Shown one piece after another: positions 38,973 to 51,000 of a DNA stretch of 64,000 bases; position 1 is the first letter of the stretch, and every line of letters begins with the position of its first letter. The notes beneath the pieces are model-generated. The model was not told the DNA's origin. It saw only the letters and a program-made list of their open reading frames with translations, and searched no databases. Origin of the DNA: Lytechinus pictus (lineage: Eukaryota); contig NC_087250.1 of NCBI RefSeq assembly GCF_037042905.1, forward strand, positions 19,842,001-19,906,000, read 5' to 3'. Made by a program: the position numbers and the translations under genes.

Positions 38973-41900
38973 TTATCCAAGTCTGTATAGCACGAGGCAG
39001 CTTAATCTGTAGAAAAAAAAACACATACCATTACGATAACATGAACAACATAAAAATACAAGAAATAAGGTGTTTTGCCCCCATCTAGATCTCTTTTCAC
39101 AAGTACATATCTATCGGATAATGAGGTCCTTGCGGCTATCTCTCTTAGCATATTCTTGCTTATAAAAGCAAACTAAGCCGAAGAGTGACAAACAATTTAT
39201 AATGCAAACAAATTGTCATAAGCACATATTGAAACTCTTTAATAAAACAATGAAGAATAAATCTACATCTTCTAACAAGGATTACACTGTATGCCACTGC
39301 ATGAATACAATCTGCTTAATTTTGTAATTATAATATCTACTGAAGTGAATGCCTATATAATCACCTTTTATGAACTCCAACCGTGTCTTGTACAAGAACA
39401 TGGCCTTTTCTGTGTACACCTGTAGTATCTTTCCCACATAATGCTGGACTTGCTGCTCGATCATCCAGAGATCCCTCTTTGAATCTTTAATGAAATGAAA
39501 TGAATTTGAGTGACATAGTAAAATTTTATTTGCAGGTTAATACAAATACATGATGTAATAAAAATACATGATAAAACTTCTTCATTTCCATATTTCAGTG
39601 TTACAATTCAGGTGCAAAGAGTCATATTCTTTAATAATATTCAACATAAAATCAATGAAAACTAGTGCTGTTGTCGATAGGCCTCATATCGACATTGATG
39701 TCGACATACGAAGGATTTTCAAAATTCCGACATGTCGACATGCACGCACCCACATCGACATGTAAACATAAAATAAAAAGGGGTCTAGCCTACAATCACG
39801 AGTGTAAAGATTAGCTGAAAAGTTAGAAGCATTTATCCACAGTAATTGGCGCGATTAAAAGGTTTATTCAGCTTAGCAGCGCATTAAATGAAAAAAGAAT
39901 ATCTGCGAGCTGTGCGGCAGTAGAAATACGTCAGTGCAGGGCCGGCCTGCCCGATCGAGCCGCCCTCGATATCCCGTTATAGCGAGAGTAGCATTCACCG
40001 TACCCATCCACGGAAATATGTACCCATCGCGCGCTATTCACCGTGCTTGATAATACGTTGCTCCTCAATGCATTACTTTTCACATAAACGTGAGCAGCAG
40101 CGAACACGTGTTTTTGTCAAAGTTGTGACTGCCGCAATTGAGCGCTTACTTCATATCACGAAGTCACAGAAAACTTCCCTTCATTCGTTTGGAGATCGCC
40201 GCGGAAGTGATACTGAAATTATCGGTCGATTTTCATTACTTTTCATTGTCAAATTGAGGAGCTTGCGTTTGCAGCAATGATCACTGTTGTAATTGGTGAT
40301 TCTCAAATTGGCTACGAGTGTTATTGAGCAATGCTTTCGAAACCGGATCCTGGTACAAAAACTTGATTCTCCAGAAAAAAAATGTGGATTAAATCGGTGA
40401 TTTTGGAAGCTCAATTCCCGAACTGAGCCTGTATTATATAGATCTAGTGTGGGGATATCACTCGTGTCAAGGTGAATATATTTGATTGAGAGTGTTGTTC
40501 CACGATCGAATGCTTTTTTTTTATGTTAGGGAGCCCAGGCTAAATTACGGTCCCTTTTTCATGTCGACATTGTCGATGTCGGGATTAATTTTTAAGCGAC
40601 ATGTCGACATGGATTTTTGTTCCCGACAACAGCACTAATGAAAACATTAAAAGTAGAGGAGCATTTTAACCTTACTCACAGTCTGTTATTGTCGCTAAAG
40701 TCTTTACAATAAGAAGATTGGGCACTTTGCCGACATCGCGTAATGCTTTGCATCGATTTACATGTATAATAGTCTTTGTGCCTAGTCTTTTCTATGTAGT
40801 GTCTATAATATGTAGATAAAACATGCGTCCTTTAGCTAGTTAGACGAACAATTTTGGAAATTAAAGACGGATCCATATTTTATCAACCGGAAGAGAAATT
40901 AGTGCTTAAATGAAGCTATTTGAGGGATATTGATGATATTTAGGGTGAATTGACTTCACATCTTTTCGTAAGTTTGTCATGTTCATAGAAGGCCGGACTT
41001 GATTTTATAGAAACCTCTTTTAAATTTGTGGGATTGCCTACCTCGAGTGAAGTTTGTGCAGGCTCCACTCCACTTCACTATTGCTACACTACGCTCCACC
41101 TACCCAAACTTTGAGACCGTGAACTGGATCTGTCGATCTGATATTCCGAGTGACAAAAAGTGGGATCTTATGGGGGGGGATATCAAATTCATGCAACATC
41201 ACGCTCTTTAAAAAAATTAAAACTAATATTCTTCCTGCACACAAAGTTTCAGTTCTTCTCCATGCCTCTATCCGTCTCAAAATTGATGATTTAGAGCCAA
41301 CATGAAGTTTCTCACACGTATCAATATTCAATACATCGCATGAGTGTGAGGTCGGTCGGGTCAGACCAGGCCCGGTATCTCGCGAATATTGCATCCGCAT
41401 GCAATGTTTTGAAATCGGCAGCGAATTATAAATATGTGTGAGGAACTTCATGTTGGCTCTAAATCACCAATTTTGAGACTGATAAAAGCATGGAACTAAA
41501 TGAAACTTTGTGTAAAGTAAGAATATTAGTTTTAATTCTTTTTAAAAATCAAGATGTTGCATGAATTTTATATTCCCCACCCCCATAAAATCCCACCTCT
41601 GTCACTCAGAATATCAGATCGAGTTCATGGTCTCGAAGTTCGCGTCTGTAACGTTGGCGAAGAACAATAGAAAACAAGATGGCGGCGTAAACATCGGGCA
41701 AGTCTCTTCCGTCTAATCATGATATTTTTCGCATTTTTTGGAATGAATTTCTTCTTCAAAAATAACGACGAGAGCGTAGAAATGTTGGAAATTAAGTTTT
41801 ATCCCATGTACATGATTTAGGTCTAACGTTAGGCTAGATCTTTTAGAGGGAAAGTAGAAATCTCGGGGCCGGGGGTGAAAGTTTCAAGTTTTGGCTTCCT

Positions 41901-42479
41901 CTGTGTGGGTATATGAGAAAGGATCCCTGGCTTCATATGAGAGTGACCTTACGAAGTTACGTTAGTAAATGATTTTCACTCTCTAGAAGCCGCCTGGCTA
42001 GGCCTACAGCCATTCCCGATCACGATATTTTGAAAAGTGGTGGATATATTGACTTCAAATGTGACTGAGAGACTTGTCATGACATTTGGGAACAAATATT
42101 GGTGATGAGGTATGCTGGTATTAATCGGCCGGTGCGAAACTGCATTAGCGCCCACCCCTGACCTTGCTACAATCATGACAATACAAACATCCTCACCGCC
42201 GCCATCAATATACTACTAACTTAGCCAGCCGTTGGCCGTCCCCGGCCGCGCACACCGCAGATCAGCCCCCACCCGATAAGCGATCGGGAACAACGGCAGT
42301 GCAGTGGCCGTACGGTAATGATTAAAAAGTCGAAGAAATTTAAGTGCATGCCGCGCCAAACTACGAAAAATGGATCTAACTTACTGTTTAGCCTGTTGTG
42401 TGAATGTCTTAAGAAGTCGTTGTCCGAATCTGATCCATATTCTGTTAGTTTTTGTTGAAATATTGACGGCCTTCTTCAT
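38973..42479 (-). CDS. Candidate four-exon gene of unknown function inside element C: join(42479..42385,40802..40680,39484..39365,39006..38973), 123 aa; may be a pseudogene or non-coding
   Basis: Donors GTAAGT, GTGAGT, GTGATT; acceptors TAG, AAG, CAG; all phase 2; internal exons 123 and 120 nt; YY1-like CCGCCATTT and ETS-like CCGGAA just upstream. No homology recognised. Confidence 0.3.
39663..40637. mobile_element. hAT-like MITE with 8-bp TSD ATGAAAAC
   Basis: TIR TAGTGCTGTTGTCG / CGACAACAGCACTA; perfect TSD; GTCGAC subterminal repeats. Confidence 0.9.
41107..41641. mobile_element. Degenerate foldback MITE
   Basis: About 210-bp imperfect inverted arms, e.g. GATTTAGAGCCAACATGAAGTT / AACTTCATGTTGGCTCTAAATC. 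Confidence 0.7.
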
Positions 42480-45400
42480 CAAGCTTCGGGTTCAGCTGAG
42501 CAGTTACGAACGTTTTTTTTCAAATGGCGGAACCGGAAACACGTATACGGTACAGTCCGTGCGTTTGTACTGTACGGGGAGCTCGGAGGGGGGGGGGGGG
42601 GGGTCTTACTTTTTACTTGGCAACCAGACAATTTGACTATTTTCGCCATCATTTATATATCATATTATTAACGTAAAGGAATTGAATAAAGTAAAATTCA
42701 AATATTTATTTCTTCTTCCTTTCTTTTTCTTTTCTATGTCTTTTAATTTTTTTCTTTCTCTTTATTCTTTTTTTTAATATAATATATAAGGATAGGATTT
42801 AAAAACATGTCTCACAATTTTACTGAAAATATGTTATATAGGCCTACTAGTATGCAAGTAGGATGACAAAGAAAGCAATGAGGAAAATCACAGCTCCAAT
42901 CCTATGTATTTTTAATTTTATTTCTTTTCAAAAACACACATTTTATCCTTTCTTGCGATCGAAGGAAAGATCCCTTTATAAGGTTCAAGTAGTAAAAGAA
43001 AATAATCTTAGATCAAGTGCCGGCAGGGTATTTTGATAAGGGGTGGAGGAGCAAGACAAGCAAATATAAAGATACCATTTTGAAGCGAAACATAAGAAAA
43101 GATAATAACTTTGCCAACGAGGTAAAAAATAATATGATATCGGTTGTGACACTTTAAGGATGGAAAATAGTTTGAAAATATATAGATACAAACTTCATAC
43201 AAATTAGAAAAAAAGAAGCAAAATAAACTGCCATCATATGTGAACAGAGATACAAGATTGTTCTTGCAATTAAAAAACATATTTACAAACTATATATAGC
43301 TTCGCATCATAAAAATAGATTGAAAATATCCAAATTTATTTGATTTAAAAAGAAATAGATATAAACCAGCCTGGCTAACATATTGCAAGGTGGCAAAGAT
43401 ATAAACCGGGGATATAAAGCAAAAAATAGGCCTTAAAATGGAAATTAAATATCCTATTTTTAGTTTATCCTATCCCAGGTAACAATACAGCGTTGGACCA
43501 ACGTTGGATCAACGTTGGGAAATTTTTTCCCAACGTTGCCTCAACGTTGGCAGGCCAACGTTGCATCATCGATAGAAGTGCACGCGCATACATCGTCAGA
43601 CCAACAACATTTCCAACGTTAGTTCAACGTTGTCCAGCAACAATGTTTCAACGTTGTCTGGCAACGTTGATCCAATGTTGGCTAAATAGTCAAATACAAC
43701 ATTGCTACAACGTTGGTAAGCAACGTTGTATCATCGATAGAAGTGCACGTCCATACATCGTCAGACCAACAACATTTCCAACGTCAGTTCAACGTTGTCC
43801 ACCATCAATACTCCAACGTTGGTATAATGTCGGCTGAGTCATCAATAACAGCGTTGCTGCAACGTTGATGGGCAACGTTGAAGCAGCGATGGACGTGCAC
43901 TTGCATACATCGTCAGTCCAACTATGTTTACAACGTTGGTTCAACGCTGTCCAGCAACAATGCTCCAACGTTGTCTGGCAACATTGCTCCAACATTGTTA
44001 CAACGTTGTCACAACGTTGCTCCAACATTGCTCCAACGTTATTCCAACGTATGGCAGTAATTAACAAAACATTAATTGGTTTCAAGGTGAAGTCCACCAT
44101 TACAACTCTACACTCAAATCTTTATCATCATATGTCTTATCCTATCCTAAAATCCTACATCCTAATCCTATATCCTATTCCTATCATCCTACACCTATCC
44201 ACTGTATCCTGTCATTGACTCCTATATATAGAGCAACTTTGCTATACTTGGCAGAATACAGTTAATATCATTTTCCACACTTAACCTTGAATATTTCACT
44301 TAGAATAATATGTTTTGATTATATATGATATGGTAATGGAGCCACATACTTTTCTGAAACTTTTCATGGTGGAAATATTGAATAAACATAAATACTCTAA
44401 TTATTATAGCAATATTACCTAAAATTTTGGTCATTTACTGATGTAATGAATATTCATGAGTGCATAATCATTGTCCAGATGAGGCAGGTATGGCAGCGTT
44501 GGTCCAATGTTGGTCCAACGTTGGGTGACGTTGATCCAACGTTGGTATAATGTTGGTCCAATGTTGATGGAAAGTTGATTCAACTTTAGTCCAATGTTAG
44601 TCCAACGTTGGCGTAAACGTTGATTCAATGTTTGTCTAATATCGGTTAAATGTTGTTGTAACGTTGATTCTTTGTTGGTCTAATTCTAAACAAATCCAAC
44701 GATGCGCCATCTCCATCAAACAGTTTTCAACACTGTGCCATCATCATCTGTAATCTGTTCATGATTCTATCAAAAAACATTACAACTATTATTACAGCTA
44801 TTCATTTCTTTTCATTCTTTCTGTTACAAGTCTCTTCACATAATTAAGAGAAATCAAGATAATTACGTGTGATATTTATTGAGGCCTTTGTAGCATTCAA
44901 ACTTTTTTGACATCCTCTTTTTCTCAAACAAGACTAATACCAAAAAAAACATATGCATATGTAATAAAAATTAAGATGTATTACATTTTCTTGCGAGTTG
45001 CAATCTCTGTTTCTGTCTACAATTGTTTAATGACTCGGTATGCAATGCCAATTGCAACGTCAGTAATCATCACAAAAACTCACATGTGTAATTGCAGTCT
45101 CTCAGTATTTACAAAATCAAAAAAGGAGGTCGCGTAACTTGGCCTCACTCAGAGTAACGTAGCTACTGCCTACTGTAACTAAAGAGTGCCTCTTTTTGAT
45201 TAAGATAGAAGTCAACTGATATCTCAATATGCATGGCCATGGCCTAGTCTCGCTCGTGCCATAACTATTAAATGATATTTCAGCGTCAAGTGTAGCATGC
45301 CTCACATAGCAACTACAGGTTTGACTGCAGTTGGAAAACACTCGGTCCAGGCTAGGCCAGGCAGGACCGACCAAGTCAATTCAAGGCAGCGTATAATAAA

Positions 45401-46025
45401 TAAGGCAGGAATGCCAGGTAGCAAGTCATTTGGGTGATTTCAAGTACGGTGTACGGTGTTGAGAGCGTGAAAGGGCTGCTGAACTGAGCTCCAACACCAA
45501 GCGTAATATTATTTTTCATTGAAATGTATTAAAACTCTAATGATTTGCTCTCATCTTAAATGTAAAAGATAATTTTACGGAGATGGTTCGTCGTGTTCGC
45601 CCCCTGTTCGTAATTAAGCTACAGTTCATCAACACCAACACTGAACTTTAAATCACGATTCTCCCAATCCCTGGGGTACGTCGGTGTTGCTGAATGGGGA
45701 AATTGCTTGTAGATCATCAACACCATGCAGCCACAGTGCAGTGTTGGGTTCAGCAGATGACATTCAACACCAGCCTTCAACACAAACTGCCGGAAATACA
45801 CCATATTTTCCGAGGTCAATCTTAACACCAGCCTGATTCAAGTACGGTGTTGTCACAACACCAACACTAACCCAGGGAGCTCCGGCCTGCTCAGCGGGCC
45901 GGAGCCCAGGGGCTTACCGTGTAATTCAGCGTGTAATACTTCACGCTACTACCGTGGGTATGGTGAATTACACGGTAAGCCCCTGGGCTCCGGCCCGCGC
46001 AGCGGGCCGGAGCTCCCTGGGTTAC

Positions 46026-46204
46026 ACTCACACGTATTGCCAGGTTAGTATTAGTATACTAACCTCGCACCACGAACCGCGTTTGGCAGTGGATTTCTTA
46101 CTAGTGGGTCGCACGTGCTGGGATCTCACTTCTTGGGTCCACAACACACGACTTCTATGGCTTGATTTTTCTGTGCGCGGCGGCATGTAATGAACCCTTG
46201 GGTG
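46026..46204 (+). mobile_element. TIR-less ~180-bp element with 10-bp TSD CCTGGGTTAC
   Basis: ACTCACACGTATTG...GAACCCTTGGGTG; perfect direct repeats at 46016-46025 and 46205-46214; further copies at 57361-57560 and 57788-57974. Confidence 0.8.
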
Positions 46205-46972
46205 CCTGGGTTACACCAACACCAGATTTCAACACTGTACTTGAATTTTGAAAATCATCCAATGACTGTTGCCTTGCCATTGGTATCGCATACTCGTTCC
46301 CACTCACACGTATTGCGAGGTTAGTATTAGTCACTCACACAAGCTAATTACGAGGTTAGTTAGTATGTTATACTGTGCAGTGACTGGTGTTAAGTACTAC
46401 TTTACTACTACTTACGGTACACTAGCGTCGGACTGTACGCACACAGAAGCTGACTCCGTGATCTTTCGGAGGGGATCAATGGTTGCAGTTACCGATTATC
46501 TGCAAGTGCAAAGAAAATTCAACTGTAGATTGTAGGTCCTAAATATACAGCTTATAAGTACTGTTCCAGATCACTAGATATTCTGGAATTTACTTATCTA
46601 TATCCACTATCCAGTCCAAATTCTGCCAGATTCTTCAAGTTCAAAATTGAAGGAAGCAGACTACACAGACATGACAGAAGGAGTCCGACGTCGCGACTAA
46701 TTCTGCGCATCAGAATAGTATGGTATCTTTAAATAGGCACATTTGATGCTTGTATTTCCTTCTTCAATTTCTTCTAGTTATGTGACGGTAGGCCTATGAC
46801 ATATCTCGTACTTACTGTGAAAGGCCTTGCCAGCTGCAAAGGATCGACGAGGGCGTTTCTGGAAATTCTGGTCTTGAACTACATTTTTTTTCTTGTTTTT
46901 CTTCTTTATTTTCTATATTAATCGACACATTTGCATCCCCAGGTGCATGCAGCCTCTCTATTCTACCCCATC

Positions 46973-48008
46973 CAGGGGCGGATCCAGCTTTCGCCAAAAG
47001 GGGGGGCCGAAAAATATTTTCATCAACATTTTTCCCGATTGGCCCCTATAATCTGATTTTTTTCTTGGTTTTTCAGGGGGTAGTCCTAACAATAGACTGA
47101 AGTTTTAAGTATATGTTAGTTTTTATTGTTATAAACAAGATAAGGTATCTCATGTGGTCTTAATATATAATGCGAGCGCGATGTGCGAGCTAAAATTCTT
47201 TGATATTTTATGTCCTTAGAACTGAAGATTCTGAGCATTTTTTATAATCATGAACAAAAATAAGTATCCAACTAAACAATGCGAGCGCGAAGCGCGAGCC
47301 GAAATTTTATTATAGTAACGTGAAAAGGGACTCAATTAGGACTATTTTTAGTGATTAATGAAAAGGATACAAGTATCACCAATTAAATAATGAGAGTGCG
47401 AAGCGCGAGCTCTAAATTTTTGATATTCCGACCTGAAAACTGGACAGTCTAAGCGCCTATTTATTTAAATAAAGAACAAGCTGTGTGTCTCAATAATTTG
47501 TTGGTATACTCACATGATAAAGGAGCATTTTGACAAATTTTGGAAAGAATTTCCAAAGAGGATAGGTATCTCACAAATTAAACAATGCGAACGCGCAGCG
47601 CGAGCTGAAAATTTTGATACAACAATTTGTGTAAATCAAACAAAATAATGAAAGCTTGATGTGCGAGCTAAAATATTGTGTGCAAATTGATTTCAGAACT
47701 GGATATATTAAGTGTCCTTTAATCCTCTTGAATGGGATTCATTACACAGGCAATGCAAACGCGAAGTGCGAGCGAAAGTTTTGATATAAAGTCTATTTTC
47801 CAATTCTTCCCCTCACCTTTTTCTTGTTTCCTTTCGGGGTCGGGCCGGCCGTTACGAGGCTGTAAATTACATGGGTATAATAACCTCTTTCCTACTTTTC
47901 TGTCTGTTTTTCGTAGTTTCTATCAAGTTAAAGAGTACACTTTTCTGCAAGTTGTAAAAAAATAGGGGGGGCCGGGGCCGGCTCGGCCCCCTCCTGGATC
48001 CGCGCCTG
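46973..48008. mobile_element. MITE with 5-bp TSD CCATC
   Basis: TIR CAGG(G/C)GCGGATCCAG; the empty site (a single CCATC) is present in the outer AB copy at about 33356-33360. Confidence 0.92.
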
Positions 48009-51000
48009 CCATCTTTATTTTTGTTTTCCCCTTAGACTTAGTTTTAGTTCCTCTTTCCCTTCCCATTATTTTCCTTCTCTCTCGATTTCTTTTCCCCTTA
48101 TTGCTGGGGGATACCAAGGGTGACATGGATAGACAAGCAAACTTACTTGATCGACCCCCCCCCCTTGGCCCCATTGGAAATTATGCCAGTAGTCTTGTCT
48201 TGTCTTGGGTTAAGTCGGCATATGCATGCAGACTTGCTGTACTCCGCCAACTTTATCAATTATCAATTCTCCAATGAACCAATTTCTAACGTTCTCAACA
48301 CTGTGTATATTATGCCGGGATATTATGTTGACTGTCAAACAAATATCCAACAAACTATAGTTTCCAACATTGTGTCAATGTTAACTGTCCAATAAACTAT
48401 TCCAATTACGCTGTCCATGCACGTTGTGCCATTGTCCGTTGTTCAACAACTCTCCATCAAACTAGTTTCCAACTTTGTCAACGTTGTGCCATTGTCGACT
48501 GTCCAACAAATCTCCAAGAAAATAGTTTCCAACGTTGTTCCTTTGTCGGTTGTTCAGCAACTCTCCATCGAACTAGTTTCCGACGTAGTCAACGCTGTGC
48601 CTTTGTTGGCTGTTCAACACCTATCCAATCAAACACGCGTTTCCAACGTTGTGACGCTGTTGGCTGTCCAACAAATCTCCAACACACTAGTTTCCAATGT
48701 TGTGCCATTGTCTGTTGTTCAACAACTTTCCAACGTTGCCAACGTTGTGTCATCGTCGACTATCCTACTGATCTCCAATCTACCAGTTTCCAACGTTGTG
48801 CCAGTGTCAGTTGTTCAACAACTTTCCATCTAACTAGTTTCCAGCTTTATCAACGTTGTGTCATTGTATACTATCTAACTAATCTCCAATCTACCAGTTT
48901 CCAACGTTGTGCCATCGTCGACTATCCAACAAATCTCCATCGAACTAGTTTCTAGCTTTGACAACGTTGTGCCATAGTTGGTTGTTCAACAACTTTCCAT
49001 CGAACTAGTTTCCAACGTTGCCAACCTTGTGTCATCGTTGACTATCCAACTAATCTCCAACCTACTAATTTCCATCGTTGTGCCATTGTCGACTGTCCAA
49101 CAACTCTCCAACTAACAAGTTTCCAACGTTGCCAACGTCGTGTCATTGTTGATTGTTCAACAACTTTCCAGCGAACTAGTTTCCAACGTTGCCAACGTTG
49201 TGTCTTTGCTGGCTGTCAACAACTATCCAATCAAACGTGTCTCCAACGTTGTGACATTGTCGACTGTCCAACAAATCTCCAACAAACTAGTTTCCAACTT
49301 TGTCAACGTTGTGCCATTGTCGGTTGTTCAACAACTTTCCAGCGAACTAGTTTCCAACGTTGCCAACGTTGTGCCTTTGCTGGCTGTTCAACAACTATCC
49401 AATCAAACGTGTTTCCAACGTTGTGACATTGTCGACTGTCCAACAACTCTCCGACTAACAAGTTTCCAACGTTGCCAACGTCGTGTCATTGTTGATTGTC
49501 CATCATCTTTCCATCAAACTAGTTTCCAACGTCGATTCAACGTTAATCCATCAAGTTTTCCCAACGTCCAACGACTTTCAAGTTTCCAACGTGGAGCCAA
49601 CGTTGGCTTGTTACCTGGGATTCCACCTGTAAAAAATATTGTGAATAGGAGAACAAATATTGAAGTAATTTTATTTATAATAATATATTTGTAAGAAAAT
49701 AGGTCCTTTTTACAAAAAAAAATAAATAAAAAAATAGATGGGAAACTTGGAAAAATGTATTTTCTCGCAATAAAAACTTTAAGGGGCCAGAATCGCATTA
49801 AAACTTGGTTATGAAACGTGTAAAACAAAATCTTAGATAGCATTTTAACTGAGATTTATTTTTTAATCAACATTCAACGCTGAACTTTCTTATGTTAATT
49901 GTTTATCAATATTTTGTGAAAACAGATAGTGTGCACATCGTCATGAATATTCATTTGGTGGGCTGATGATGTGACATTCCCATTTTTCTTTTTTAATGTT
50001 AGATATGAAATTATGATTATCTATTTTTTCAATACATGTGTAAATAATGTGTCCCCATTGTAAAGTTGCTGCATTAAATAACTAATGCGGTTAATTAGTC
50101 GTCATTCCAATTGTTTAAGTTCTTGGTAGAAATATGTTGAATAAATCTAATTTCATATATTGTACAAAAGAACATGGGATATGACATCATCAGCCCACCT
50201 AATGAATATTCATGAGACATGCCTAAATAAAACTGTTTCATGGGAATATTGCAAATCCTTAAAATTCAACTTAACTTCGTTATTTGTCATCCGATTTTGA
50301 ATAAATTTTAAGCATTTTGTTTTGTGAATTTTACTCTATTTATTGATTATCTCTAGCGTTGACCTCCCCTTCAATTATTTTCTTGTATTGTTAGAAAGAG
50401 ATGGATGAAGTAGAATAATACGTTCATGCTTATATTTTTATTCATTACAATATCTCTTTGAAATTCAACCCGGCTTCCTCACAACCATTAAGCTCTAAGA
50501 GTGTTAGGTGTGTCCTGTATATTTCAACACGTACCCTTTTAAATATAGTCATTTTTTTATTATTCATCCTGTTTTTTATGAAAAATAAGTGGCGAACAAA
50601 CAAAACAAAAATGATAATTGAAATTTAAAAGAGCGCATGAAAAAGAAATAACCCTGAAAACGAACAATAGTCCTCAAAATATAAGTTGCCCATTTTGGGG
50701 TCAATAATTTTTCGCATTTTTCAGTTCGCGCTTTGCTCCTAGTTTTGATCTAGTACGTATAGTACCCTTTCTCGTAGAAATAGAAGCTATCAAACTTAAA
50801 ACCTCTGAGTCTCAGTAGGCATAACCCCCCCCCCCCCTCGCTGATATAGACCTACACATATGGGACAGGGTGAAATATAATTTTGAAATAGGGCCTATAT
50901 GTCACAATCTAGCTATCACAAAATTAAATTTTCATATAAAAAATTGTACTTTTTAAAATGAATGGTGCCCTTTTAAGCCATATGGCCTTCTAAAAATATA

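Larger units (their letters stand above)
43474..49619. mobile_element. Inner, inverted copy of element AB (6.1 kb)
   Basis: AT|CCCAGGTAACAA ... TTGTTACCTGGG|AT; 43474-45928 matches 54987-52535 and 45937-49619 matches about 34246-31512. Confidence 0.9.

Noticed and set aside
31512..49619. One element with ~3-kb TIRs (Polinton/Maverick- or Teratorn-like giant element)
   Set aside because: No polymerase, integrase, capsid or other long ORFs; the inverted repeats are explained by two nested AB copies.
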